A stretch of DNA of 11,383 nt from Perkinsela sp. CCAP 1560/9. Taxonomy: Eukaryota; Protista; Euglenozoa: Kinetoplastea. The notes under the pieces are model-generated. The model did no database searches. It had not been told where the DNA came from and saw only the letters and a list, made by a program, of their open reading frames with translations. The stretch's first letter is position 1. Every line of letters starts with the position of its first letter. The position numbers were made by a program, and so were the translations under genes. This document shows, piece after piece, positions 1 to 8,388 of this stretch. The stretch spans positions 1 to 11,383 of the forward strand of contig CBFFSA010000100.1 of assembly GCA_965644495.1 (NCBI GenBank), written 5' to 3'.

Positions 1-67
1 GCAACAAAGTTTTTAACAGCCGAGCTTCTTCGTCTTCCGTGAGAAAACTCTTAGTTAGACGAAGCAC
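1..67 (-). mobile_element. Second copy of the transposase HTH remnant, running off the window
   Basis: Reverse strand reads VLRLTKSFLTEDEEARLLKTLL, homologous to 10606-10672, with 5 substitutions in the first 25 bp (3 synonymous). Confidence 0.7.
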
Positions 68-363
68 TTATCAGATTGCTGAGCAATATCGCTTCTCCGA
101 TGTAGTGCGACATTCTCCGATGTAGTGCGACATGTAGTAATCTGAAACTTTTTTCTAAAAAAAATAGAATTCCGAAAAAAGAAAAGAAAAGAAAAGAAGG
201 CAAGGTGTAAAACCTGAATTATAACATGGTACTAGAACAATTATAACATGTTTTACTACTAGGAATTAAAAATTTACTAATTTTTGTTTTACAACTTATT
301 CTCACACTAATAATTGTGTGTGTATTACCATTATTTATTTACTGTATTTCCATTATTTATTTA

Positions 364-1221
364 ATGTCAATCTCATTACTAATCCTCAGAAGTGCTTCAC
401 TGGCGGATTTGACCAATACTCGCACGAATGCACGTCTAGGGAAAGTGCGAGGAGCCATCCTCTCACATGACATGCAAATGGCAAAATTCATTGAGAATCT
501 CGAGACGAAGTTACTGATTACGAGGAAGGAAACAGAAGCATGTTTGTGGGCGGGTGTCGCTTGTAATTCCAATGATGAAGTGCTCAATATTGATTGGTCG
601 TCCAGGGCACTGAAGGGTAATCTCTCATGGGAGTATCTACCCCACACAACGTGTACTGTTCGTGTGGGAAATAATAAACTCAGCGGAACTCTTCCAGTTT
701 CCGCATTTCCCCCGAAACTGAGTTCTTTAAACATACAATACAACCCCTTATACGGATCCTTCGATGCCCCTTCCCTCCCACAATTCGTTGAACAGCTTTT
801 TTCATCTGGTACAAGATTTTCAGGTATGCTTGACTTGACCTCACTGCCTCCTCCATTGAGGTTGTTTTCTGTGTCGCGTAATGATTTTTCAGGGAATCTA
901 GACCTGACGCTTCTCCCAGGACAACTTCAAAGACTTTTTCTGCATGAAAATCTTTTTGTTGGAAGTGTAAACTTAACCTGTCTCCCGAAAGAACTTACAG
1001 TTTTGCACTTGACCGGTAATAAGTTGAATGGTGAGTTGGTTCTGCGCTCCCTTCCGCCGTTTATGCGTACACTTTCCCTTGGGAACAACGCTTTTACGGG
1101 AAAAGTAGCATTTGACGCCTTACCAGCAACAATGAAAGATTTGAATTTGAAAGGAAATATCTGCGATTTGGAAGTGCAGTCTTGGCCAATTCCAGAATGT
1201 GTTACAATTACTGTATTGTAG
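364..1221 (+). CDS. LRR protein 1: cysteine N-cap plus about 8 LRRs of 23 aa
   Basis: Open frame with cap motif ACLWAGVAC and repeats of the form LPxxLxxLxLxxNxFxGxL/VDLxx (e.g. LPPPLRLFSVSRNDFSGNLDLTL). I place the start at ATG 364, not GTG 316, because identity with the second copy begins just upstream of this ATG. Confidence 0.9.
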   Translation: MSISLLILRSASLADLTNTRTNARLGKVRGAILSHDMQMAKFIENLETKLLITRKETEACLWAGVACNSNDEVLNIDWSSRALKGNLSWEYLPHTTCTVRVGNNKLSGTLPVSAFPPKLSSLNIQYNPLYGSFDAPSLPQFVEQLFSSGTRFSGMLDLTSLPPPLRLFSVSRNDFSGNLDLTLLPGQLQRLFLHENLFVGSVNLTCLPKELTVLHLTGNKLNGELVLRSLPPFMRTLSLGNNAFTGKVAFDALPATMKDLNLKGNICDLEVQSWPIPECVTITVL

Positions 1222-1702
1222 CGCAGTACTTTAACTTTGTATGTTTTAGAAAAAAACAAATAAGGACAAAAATTCCACATGTACACATGTAGCTATATCA
1301 ATTCTTACAGTGACGAGTTACAGTTAGATAATGTAGAGAAATTGTTTGCATGCAAATTCCTCGTCAAAAGGTTGGCTCCCAGTGTTGAACATGGTTAAGC
1401 AGTACAAAAGGGTTGGTTCAGTTTTCATCTAATGTAGGGGAGTCTGGTATTTTAGAAAACGAAAACAATATTTATAGAAACTGTGCAGCATGACGCCAAA
1501 ACTGTACGGGAAAGCCTTTTTACCTTTCGATTTTGGACTTTAAAAAATCGTATAAACATTCTGAAAACTCAAAGTATCGAGGATACGCTTTCTTCAAAGC
1601 TGGCCTCCACCTTTAAAATGATTTTGCGCTTTTAGAATTCCCCTTTTTCTTATGTAACGCTTTCTACCTCAGTTTTTTTCATTTCCTTGGATTTTATCAT
1701 CT

Positions 1703-2404
1703 ATGTCCGATTCATCCGTTTTAAAACCCGGCAAGGTACAAGGTTCGTCAATGCCACAAGAATACAATTTAATGCGACTAATTCAAAACATTGAAAACCC
1801 TCGCCCATCCTGGAATACGAGTACCCCTGCCTGCGAATGGGAAGACGTGAGTTGCGACCAGAGTAGTATGGTAACTGAAATTAATTGGGAAGTCCTACAT
1901 CTTCGGGGCCTACTCTGTTTAGAATATCTTCCTGATTCCATTATTGATTTTCATGCTTCCGAGAATGCACTGTTTGGCAGCGTTCGACTAGACTATCTTC
2001 CGGGCCCTCTAGAGCTACTGAATCTATCTGAAAATGCATTTTCAGGTGCCGTTGATCTCGTTTCTCTGCCGAGCGCCTTGCGCTCTCTTTACTTAGATGA
2101 AAATATGTTCACCGGATCAGTTGTATTAAACAGCTTGCCGTCACAGTTAAGAATTCTGAATTTGGCAGCGAATAAATTGACCGGCACATTGGATTTGGGC
2201 CATCTTCCTCCCAATCTAGAAACCCTCTATCTTTCCAACAATTGTTTTGAAGGGGAAGTGCTTCTGAACTCATTACCGCAAAGTCTGAGGTTCTTGTGGA
2301 TGAAAAACAATACTCTCCTGCAAGGTGAAATCAGGAAGAAGAATCTTTCGGGGAAATTATTAATCAAGACTGATGGCACACTCATTAGCATCCTACCGGA
2401 GTGA
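1703..2404 (+). CDS. LRR protein 2 (233 aa), paralogue of LRR1 and LRR3
   Basis: N-terminal GKVQGSSMPQEYNLMRLIQNI, cap WNTSTPACEWEDVSC, then 23-aa LRRs such as LPGPLELLNLSENAFSGAVDLVS. Single uninterrupted ORF. Confidence 0.92.
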   Translation: MSDSSVLKPGKVQGSSMPQEYNLMRLIQNIENPRPSWNTSTPACEWEDVSCDQSSMVTEINWEVLHLRGLLCLEYLPDSIIDFHASENALFGSVRLDYLPGPLELLNLSENAFSGAVDLVSLPSALRSLYLDENMFTGSVVLNSLPSQLRILNLAANKLTGTLDLGHLPPNLETLYLSNNCFEGEVLLNSLPQSLRFLWMKNNTLLQGEIRKKNLSGKLLIKTDGTLISILPE

Positions 2405-2619
2405 TATTGCATCTAAAATGGGGATTTTGCATATAATTTTGGATATTGTGTGTTAATCAGAGCGAACATTGATTATGTTTTGCTGATTTGATGGGGGGAA
2501 ACCTGACATCGCAATACAATGAAAGGGAAAGGTGAAAAATTTGATTTTACTAAGGTGCCCTAAAATAAATCCTGTATTTTTGGAAAGAAAAAAATTAAGT
2601 CCCCGGAACAAGGTCGTTG

Positions 2620-2661
2620 GAGTGAAAAAGATAGCGGAAGAGTGAAAATGATAGCGGAAGA
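2620..2661 (+). repeat. 20-bp tandem duplication
   Basis: gagtgaaaa(a/t)gatagcggaa x2. Confidence 0.9.
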
Positions 2662-2724
2662 CCTAATTGGGTCGAAAAATGGTGGTTTCTCCTAGGTTTT
2701 TAAAACCTTCACGAGCATATGCCC

Positions 2725-3067
2725 TCACTTCACTGCTCTGTCGCGACTATTAAAATTTTTAAAGGTCCCACTAAGAGCTCTTTTTACCATGCTTTGTCGG
2801 CATCGCAAGGTGGTGGTCCTGTTTCTACCAAAAAAGAAGTTCAGAGCTTCAGTTGAGCTGTTGAGCTTTCCCTACTTCAATGGCCAGGAGAAATGTGGCT
2901 GTATTTGACGTTTTCCTTTGTAGGTAGTATGCATGCCCATACTTCTGCATCTTCCATTCGTGCGAGGATATAAAGTTTTCCTCCCACAGAGATGTCAGTT
3001 CGAGTATGAACTCTGACCCGTTCTTCAGCTTAATCCGGCCATCAAATCGGAGCTAAGTTTCTTGCCC
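2725..3067 (-). mobile_element. Second, divergent RLE-domain 3' fragment (not in the ORF track)
   Basis: Manual translation: ET*LRFDGRIKLKNGSEFILELTSLWEENFISSHEWKMQKYGHAYYLQRKTSNTATFLLAIEVG, a frameshift near 2870, then GKLNSSTEALNFFFGRNRTTTLRCRQSMVKRALSGTFKNFNSRDRAVK*. It contains R(P)D, ELTxxWEEN, KxxKY and EVG motifs. Confidence 0.8.
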
Positions 3068-3149
3068 GTTTGTTCATGCATTTATTTTAATGCATAGTAT
3101 TTATGTGGTTGTACCCGCAAACAATTAATTAAATATTATCCACTTTTTC

Positions 3150-3524
3150 CTAAGCTGAAACACCGCCTTCCGGTGTCCATTACGCCTCATTTCGGCGAGA
3201 CCAGATGATATAGCTTGCTCTGCCCGCCATCTGCATCATCTCCTCGCGACATCTTCTTGCCAGCTGGCTATCTCCCTTGAAAACTGCGTTTAGATAGCCG
3301 CATGTACTATTCGGGAAGTCTCGTGCGCCTATCTCGAAGGCGATCGCGTGACAGTCGGGGTTAGTTATGCGCTGCTCGTGGAGAAGGGAATTGTACGTCT
3401 CACTCTTACTTCTCCTCAACCACGTTGATGGATTCTTGTAATGGGTGAGGTCAAAGTGACACTGCGATTTCAAGGGAGGGTTATATTGATGAGACTTATG
3501 AGAGTTAATTAGAATCAGATGCAA
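3150..3524 (-). mobile_element. 3' fragment (RLE domain) of a HERO/NeSL-like non-LTR retrotransposon, pseudogenised
   Basis: KSETYNSLL...AIAFEIGARDF...AGRASYIIWSRRNEA*W. An alternative frame near 3445-3410 gives DLT/PLQESINVVEEK. Together these match the RLE pattern ELTxPWEE..ERKxxKY..EVGARG..ASxxIWxxR. Confidence 0.75.
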
Positions 3525-3708
3525 TACCTGTAGCAGGGATAACTAAGCTGACTAGGGGTGTATGTTTCTCAACTACTTGTGCCGTTGGCCTCACTCTACC
3601 ACAGCAGAACGTACACGTGTGCGATTTGTTCCTATGGCTCCAGATTTGACAGAATTACCTTCCCAAATATTATCGAATAGACACCGTATCCTCTGATTTA
3701 CACCTCTT

Positions 3709-4635
3709 ATGAACCCCCTCCCCATCACCTGTCCTGTGCAGCTCTCTGACACGCCGTCACCCCCTCGAAAACGACGCAAAACCGTAGAGAAGGTTACAAG
3801 TGACGAAACGTCGGGAGCCGCGCTCGGTAAGGTACGAGGAGCGCAGTTACCCCAAGAGTACGAGCTCTCGCGTTTCGTGGAGAATATTACGATTCCGTTT
3901 CACCGGCATGAACCCCCTCGGCGTAGGGGAGGGAAACCGTCGAGCTGGAACACGGACACCCCCGCGTGTGAGTGGGAGGGTATTGCCTGTGAGCACGGCG
4001 AGCGTGTGACGCTAATGGATTGGTCCCCCTATGGGAGAATGGCGGGACAGGGCATGCTGGGGATTCCCATGACGGGTTCCCCAGCCTGGGATTATCTCCC
4101 ACGAACGCTCGAGAACTGCTATTTGTATGAAAATAGGCTTAGTGGAGAGGTGAAATTGGATAGCCTTCCGTCCTCGCTTCGCATTTTCCAATTAGGGGGG
4201 AATGCGTTTACAGGTGGCGTGGACTTATGTAACTTACCGCAAAATATGCAAGAGCTGTGGGTCCAGGAGAATGATTTGTCGGGAGAGGTAGATTTGAGTC
4301 AATTCCCAGCGAACTTCGTATCATTAGACCTTTCGGATAACGAATTTACAGGTAATATTAATCTAAGTAGCTTGCCCTCTGTCACTTGGCTAATATTATC
4401 AAACAATCAATTTTTCGGAACGCTAGATTTGCGGCATCTACCCGCTTCGTTGGAGGTGCTGGAGTGCGAGAATAATCTTTTCAGCGGAAAAGTATTTTTC
4501 GATAAGCTCCCACCACAAATGACACGACTATTCTTCGTGGATAATAATGAACTTGAAGGTGAAATTAACCGTTCCATACTTCCTAAGTTATTGGACGACC
4601 TCATTACGCAAGGTACAAAAGTAATTTTCAAATAA
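3709..4635 (+). CDS. LRR protein 3 (308 aa) with basic N-terminal extension
   Basis: LGKVRGAQLPQEYELSRFVENI, cap WNTDTPACEWEGIAC, and about 7 LRRs such as LPQNMQELWVQENDLSGEVDLSQ. PPRKRRK lies near the N-terminus. Confidence 0.92.
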   Translation: MNPLPITCPVQLSDTPSPPRKRRKTVEKVTSDETSGAALGKVRGAQLPQEYELSRFVENITIPFHRHEPPRRRGGKPSSWNTDTPACEWEGIACEHGERVTLMDWSPYGRMAGQGMLGIPMTGSPAWDYLPRTLENCYLYENRLSGEVKLDSLPSSLRIFQLGGNAFTGGVDLCNLPQNMQELWVQENDLSGEVDLSQFPANFVSLDLSDNEFTGNINLSSLPSVTWLILSNNQFFGTLDLRHLPASLEVLECENNLFSGKVFFDKLPPQMTRLFFVDNNELEGEINRSILPKLLDDLITQGTKVIFK

Positions 4636-5132
4636 TTAAGCCAATTTTCCTTCCACACAAACGAAAAAGTGTACTCAATTATTACTGTGAAGTTCCCGTA
4701 ATACTATATGACCCCCCTTTATACGTCGTTTACACGTTTTTCTTAATGATACCAAAAGCACTTATAATTGTCAATCTCCACATACATGCTATTCCCCCTA
4801 TCCCAGCGTTGCCCGTCCTATTAGCGTTGCTTTAGAAGAGAATGCATTCTGCCGCGAAGAGGCAATTTTCCCATTCTATTTACCCAGTAAAAAACTAATC
4901 CTTTGAAACGGTACCAATTTTAATCCCGTTTCTTCCGTTTTTTGCTCTCTCCCTTTAGATGAACGCGCATCAAGCGGCATCAGCACGTTTAAAGTTTTAA
5001 GCACGTCTGAAAAGCTTAATTTTTGAACAACTGTTTCTCAACAACGCTCTGATTTCCTACTTGCTGCTTATCCTTTTTCCCCTCACTTACTTTCCCCTTA
5101 AGACTTTTCGCTACCGACTTTCTTCCCACTAC

Positions 5133-5476
5133 CTACGTTGTCCTTTTCCTACTTTCAGGCCACAATGATGTGCAGAGGCAGACAGAAGACCAAACCCACC
5201 ATAGCATTTCGGGCGTTGAACTGTTAGACTGACTCATTATTTTCACTATCTTTCCGAAGGGCGCAAAAAATGTTTCAAGGCTCTCCGTGTTCACCTCTAT
5301 TGAAATACTTTTTGCCGTGATCGAAAAGGGGTCAAGATCTGTGTACTCGACTCCAACTCCTTTTTCGCACTTTTGGACTCAATTTCTGTGTTCTTGACTT
5401 TCTCTTTACTTTCTAGATATTTTGCTGAGGGCCACACAGCTTTTTGGGAGGATTCACCTCCTTCAGATTTACTCAT
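5133..5476 (-). pseudogene. Frameshifted gene with an RRM-like domain
   Basis: From ATG 5476: MSKSEGGESSQKAVWPSAKYLESKEKVKNTEIESKSAKKELE. After a 1-nt loss near 5350 (shown by the paralogue): EYTDLDPFSITAKSISIEVNTESLETFFAPFGKIVKI, the beta1-alpha1-beta2 pattern of an RRM (L..FF..FG.I..I). Confidence 0.6.
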
Positions 5477-5559
5477 GCGTTGTAAAAAACGTACACAAGA
5501 AAATGAGAAGCTTTGTGGAATAAATAAATAAATCAAACAATCCATCAATGTATGAAAAA

Positions 5560-5804
5560 TGGAGTTGAGATCCGTATACTCGGATTCGAATTCCTTTTTC
5601 GCCTTTTCGAGTTACAAGATTGGTACAGGTGGTACATGATTGGTACCGTCGCGGTGTTAGGGAGTAGGCTTCAGGTGGGCCTAGGGGGTGCACACCATTT
5701 TGAGTTCAATTTCTGTTTTTTTCACTTTCTCTTTACTTTTCAGAAATTTTTGTTGGGTACCACACAGGCTTTTTAGGGGATTCACTTCCACCAGATTTAC
5801 TCAT
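5560..5804 (-). pseudogene. Truncated tandem paralogue of the RRM-like gene 5' end, with a 93-nt intron-like insert
   Basis: From ATG 5804: MSKSGGSESPKKPVWYPTK, one extra base, FLKSKEKVKKTEIELKM, insert 5695-5603, then AKKEFESEYTDLNS. The upstream 5805-5885 resembles 5477-5555. Confidence 0.65.
5603..5695 (-). other. Putative GT-AG spliceosomal intron
   Basis: Minus strand GTGTGC...CTAAC...TAACTCGAAAAG. Removing it gives aaa atg|gcg aaa aag, collinear with aaa agt gcg aaa aag in the uninterrupted paralogue. The insert contains an in-frame stop. Confidence 0.6.
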
Positions 5805-6591
5805 ACAAGTGTGTTGTAAAAAACGCAGACAAGAAAATCAGAAGCTTTAGGAAATAAGCCGAACATTCTAAAATCAATGTATGAATACAATACATACCTA
5901 ACATAAAAAATGGACCTCTATTTTTTAAAGAAGTACATGTACCATCACGCAAATTCAGTCAGGCGATCGCTCTGCAGGTTTTGCCCTGCATAAAATATAA
6001 ATAAATAAGATATAACGAAGCGTTATGTGCTGAAGTAAAGATGTCAGAACTTCCGCAGCATGTAATTGATTACCCGCTTCGTCTTCTGAGTACGAATATT
6101 GTGGTTCTTAACTAAGTTATGGTGTTGAAAGATATGACAATGTATTCAAAACGTAAACAAAGGAAGCCATACACAGTGAAATGCTTTTTCTATACTTGAT
6201 ATCACAAAAATAGCCCTAAGTATTACCAACTTCAATAATGTATTTCTCAATATTGTAATTCTTCTACTGCTCATCATTCCCTTTTACTTCTCCTTATTCT
6301 TCCTATCGGGTTTGCTCTTCACTTCTAACAAATTTAATTCGCTCTCGAATTTCGTTAGGTAACTGAGCAACCTCTCGAATAAGATTTCTTCACGCAGACA
6401 TGAAAAATAGGTAATATCAAGTATCGACTTATGAAGCGCTCGAAGCCGTTTGCTGTATCATAGCTGTAAAATTATTAATAATTTTTTCTTCCAATAATAA
6501 TTATTATTAAAGAATTACCGGGCGTTACCTAATTACGGTTGCCCTTAATTACTGTTTTTACCTAATTACGGTTAATCTATTTAAGATTAAA

Positions 6592-6656
6592 ACTGACCCC
6601 CCGTTTAAGCGCACCTTTCACGGAAAACAAGGTGCGCTTAAACAGGGGGGACAGTA
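6592..6656. mobile_element. Palindromic right terminus of a TA-targeting (Tc1/mariner-pogo/Tc2-like) DNA transposon
   Basis: Perfect 15-bp arms gtttaagcgcacctt (6603-6617) and aaggtgcgcttaaac (6629-6643), extended by C6/G6 and actg/cagt. Ends GGGGGGACAG|TA. Subterminal AATTAC repeats at 6513-6573. Confidence 0.55.
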
Positions 6657-6971
6657 CATCCTAATGCCGAAAAGTATGGATAGTGAGGTCTTGATGGAGT
6701 GGTGGTTTGTGCGGGATCCGGCCAATCCAGTATTCTGGTTATGTGTGAAAAGACATCAATTTCCAAAAAAGTACAAGCATCTCCGCATTAGTTGTTTAGC
6801 GCTGAATAAAATTCATTTTTCCGAAACCCATTCCGAACGTGAATTCGGGCATATGTTGCACATTGAAAATTAAAAGCGGCACTCGTCAGATGATCTGCTG
6901 CTCAGATGATACTACCACTTACCACCGCACACACATACAACGCGCCCCATCACCGACGACCCCCAAATCCT

Positions 6972-6998
6972 CACACACACACACGCACACACACACAC
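6972..6998 (+). repeat. Imperfect (CA)n microsatellite in a C/A-rich tract
   Basis: cacacacacacacgcacacacacacac; the surrounding 6910-7075 is strongly C-rich and G-poor. Confidence 0.9.
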
Positions 6999-7379
6999 CT
7001 CTTGATCTCACATCCCACCCACGCCCCACCGCCCCCACTTTCCACCACCCACTTCTACCATTCCCTACCCCGCACTGTCCGCGTAGGTTGTGATAATTCT
7101 TAATTATCCAAGCGCTCTATTAATAATTATTATAACAGCTATGTGCTGTATGCTCGTTGGAGACCACATGTTTCGTCCCCGTGTACTCCAGATCGGCTAC
7201 AAATATCAGCAACACCCTCGCGACGCAGTTGAGAGGAAACCTCGCTATCTGAAAGCTCAGAATGCAATATTAACTAAAGTTGGCTTAAAATCCATTGAGT
7301 TATTTACTTCCAGTTCTAAGGTCAACGCTCAGCGACGTCAATTCCGTGATCTTACCATATTGCGTATTCTAACGTAGAT

Positions 7380-7590
7380 ACAGTTTCTGTACCTTGTTGT
7401 TCATCCTTTCTTTCCCCGGCAACGGGCATACTCTTACTGTATTTTCATGCCCGTTGCCGGCCGGCACTAAGGTCGGAACTGTCCCTCTTGTCGCTGAAGC
7501 AGGGGACGCGCTTTCACCACTTCACCCCTCCCCGACTCACTCCCCTGGAGTGAGTGTGCTTCCCCCTCTCGGCTTTTTTTCGACTTGTCT
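7380..7590 (+). pseudogene. Unknown coding remnant, copy A (inverted homologue at 9890-10120)
   Basis: FILSFPGNGHTLTVFSCPLPAGTKVGTVPLVAEAGDA versus FILSSPRNERTVIKISCPFPAGTKTGTVPF/LAEAVDA. Differences fall mostly at third codon positions. Confidence 0.55.
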
Positions 7591-7669
7591 TTTTCCTCTC
7601 CGAGAGGGCCATGCGTCACGGTGGCCTTCCTTGAGGACCACTAGACGTGTCCTCCGCCGACGAGACTCG

Positions 7670-7835
7670 GCTCTCTGCACCTGGCGGTCGCCCAGCTCTC
7701 CGCACCTCGGCTCTGTCGCAGCTCTCTGCACCCGGATTGCCCCCGAAACTGTAATATGGGGATTACGCATCCGGCTCTCTGCACCTGCACATGACAACCG
7801 AGCTCTCTGCACCTGGGACGCCAGCTCTCCGCACC
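7670..7835 (+). repeat. Six copies of the 12-mer GCTCTCYGCACC with irregular spacers
   Basis: Copies start at 7670, 7695, 7721, 7774, 7802 and 7824. 7670-7706 and 7802-7835 form a higher-order duplication. Confidence 0.9.
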
Positions 7836-8126
7836 CGCACACCTCCGGCGAGGACGAAACCTCACATGATCCACCCGTCGTATGCGGGATAAGGACATGG
7901 TGAGCAAATCTCTGCACTATAAGTGCATGATAAAACACATTTATAATATTCGGACGTGCAACGGATATTTGCCAAGCTGCAACCCGTTTTGGTGTCGCAT
8001 CCACAGCAAAGAAGATAGGTTTTTGAAAAAATGTCTCACATAACCCTCTTGACCTTTGATCATTCCCTGCCATAGACCACCTGACGAGCGAAGTACCAGT
8101 CCGCAGACCGAAAATGGTTGCCTATT

Positions 8127-8180
8127 TACTGTCCCCCCCACTTATGCGCGACCGTTTGACCCGGCCACTTAAGCGCAATT
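8127..8180. mobile_element. Matching left terminus TA|CTGTCCCCCC
   Basis: tactgtcccccc (8127-8138) is the exact reverse complement of 6645-6656. It is followed by cttatgcgcgacc and a second cttaagcgca, echoing the tttaagcgcacc motif of the other end. Confidence 0.5.
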
Positions 8181-8388
8181 TTGACGCATCGTTCAGAATA
8201 ACAACGCCGGAAAGCTTTTTTTTGATACTAATTTTTGTACAGATTTTCGCCACTGTTGAAAGGGAGAGTCTGCAGGTAGTCCCTTTGGGGCGTTCGAGAA
8301 TTATCTTCATCAATCTCTAGAGATCTCTGATCCACACTGACCTTCACCGATCTGTACGGCGAGTCTGCATACTGTACTGTACTGTACA

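Noticed and set aside
316-363. GTG-initiated hydrophobic N-terminal extension of LRR1
   Set aside because: It is AT-rich, largely produced by a local 22-bp duplication, and not conserved in the second copy. ATG 364 is the better start.
357-1286. Antisense or overlapping ORFs on LRR genes (357-743, 927-1286; also 2227-2412, 3591-3779, 3800-4009, 3887-4102, 4407-4658, 10881-11267)
   Set aside because: These are shadow frames of the real LRR genes and have no recognisable motifs.
6839-7103. His/Thr/Pro-rich ORFs
   Set aside because: These are translation artefacts of the (CA)n and C-rich tract.
7670-7835. CRISPR-like repeat-spacer array
   Set aside because: Repeats are only 12 bp, spacers are irregular (10-41 bp) and partly related to each other, there are no cas genes, and the context is eukaryotic.
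8081-8120. Hammerhead ribozyme at CTGACGA...GAAA
   Set aside because: Stem II does not close next to GAAA (agacc intervenes), and there is no room for stem III and the UH cleavage site.
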